DNA of 63,254 nucleotides, filler included, from Pelomyxa schiedti (lineage: Eukaryota > Protista > Evosea): NCBI GenBank assembly GCA_020536535.1. It is 6 parts of 6 records of this genome, joined end to end, with 100 filler letters (N's around TTAATTAATTAA, not from the genome) between each part and the next. Parts side by side here need not be neighbours in the genome. Positions count along the whole stretch, not along the records: positions 37,028 to 63,254 come from JAHLWZ010000500.1; 5 more parts are not named here. One strand, given 5' to 3'. A program made the position numbers and the translations under genes. A model generated the notes under the pieces. It ran no database searches. It saw nothing but the letters and a program-made list of their open reading frames with translations, and was not told where the DNA came from. Below are positions 62,560 to 63,254 of this stretch, piece by piece. Every line of letters begins with the position of its first letter. The first letter of the stretch is position 1.

Positions 62560-63133
62560 ATAAGCAGTGGTCTTGTCTGAGAAACCAAAGGTGTTTCTCT
62601 TTTGGACATCCAGGGTTTGCAACCTCTCCGTTGTCTTGATTCTTAAAAGAATCATTGCTGAAGTGGACCTTGTGTCGTTTCAAAGTCTCTTGTGGGATGT
62701 GACCAACAATGTGCAGAAGTGTGTGAGCCATTTGGTGGTCTTCAAACATCAGTTGAAGCTTGCCATGTCAATCGTATCAGAAGGAGATGTTGGGAATTTG
62801 ATTGTTGACATCAAGGCATTTTGTCCTTGAATGTCTCCTGGAAGAAGAAGAAATCGATGTTAAGATTGACCACATCTATATGCAGGGTGGATATACCACT
62901 GTGTGTGAAAACACTCCATGTCGGCGCTCTTGTTGTTTTTGTTACAATCACCTGGCTTATTCTTTGAATTCGATGTGTACCGATCTGATAGTATGTATCT
63001 GTTGTCGAATAGCAGCAAAACTTAAACTTTAGAAACGCGAAGCTGGTCCAGGACCATTTCTGCCCCAGTGATGTAAAAAACCAAGCAGCTCAACTTGGGT
63101 AAAAAGGAAAAAAGACGCGTGTTGACATTACGG
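62560..63133 (+). pseudogene. Possible decayed HSPA12-like C-terminal half
   Basis: Fragments in different frames (LKLAMSIV, IDHIYMQGG, FDVYRSD, FCPSD) resemble LRLDASVF, GAIYLVGG, FEIYRS and FCPMT of the neighbouring genes. Confidence 0.4.
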
Positions 63134-63254
63134 ATTCGGTAGGGCCAGAGTGAATGGCAATGGGCGTATATTTTAGGTGTGCCAAAATTGCAATTTCATT
63201 GTGGTTTTAAGTTTTCTAGTTCACAGCAGGACCCTATGTATGTCCTGCAGCAAA
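63134..63254 (+). repeat. 121-bp exact reverse complement of 51709-51829 (assembly overlap)
   Basis: Direct sequence comparison. Confidence 0.95.

Overview
Eukaryotic, intron-rich DNA: six scaffolds concatenated with N44-TTAATTAATTAA-N44 spacers, plus eight internal 100-N gaps. The short GT-AG introns and lineage-specific gene families resemble the archamoeba Pelomyxa; this is an inference from memory, not a database result. Scaffold 1 holds a decayed Ty3/gypsy-type LTR element. Scaffold 2 holds a TKL kinase pseudogene in two near-identical copies. Scaffold 3 has tandem units of a lineage-specific gene and a divergent Arf. Scaffold 4 encodes a Sel1-repeat protein, a membrane RING protein and a DH-PH-DH RhoGEF. 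Scaffold 5 encodes an NHR fragment, an RGLG-like copine, an ABCD transporter, a Yak1 kinase and a DH-PH-FYVE RhoGEF. Scaffold 6 (37-63 kb) is the standout: a cluster of intronless HSPA12-like Hsp70 genes whose ATPase is stand-alone, fused to vWA, or fused to alpha-actinin-type spectrin repeats. The same cluster has four copies of a conserved GrpE/Mieap-like domain, whose C-terminal beta-motif is visible in three copies only after splicing. One Hsp70-vWA paralog has selectively lost its nucleotide-binding motifs. Exact 121-bp overlaps at gap edges show that part of scaffold 6 is mis-ordered and allow it to be reconstructed.
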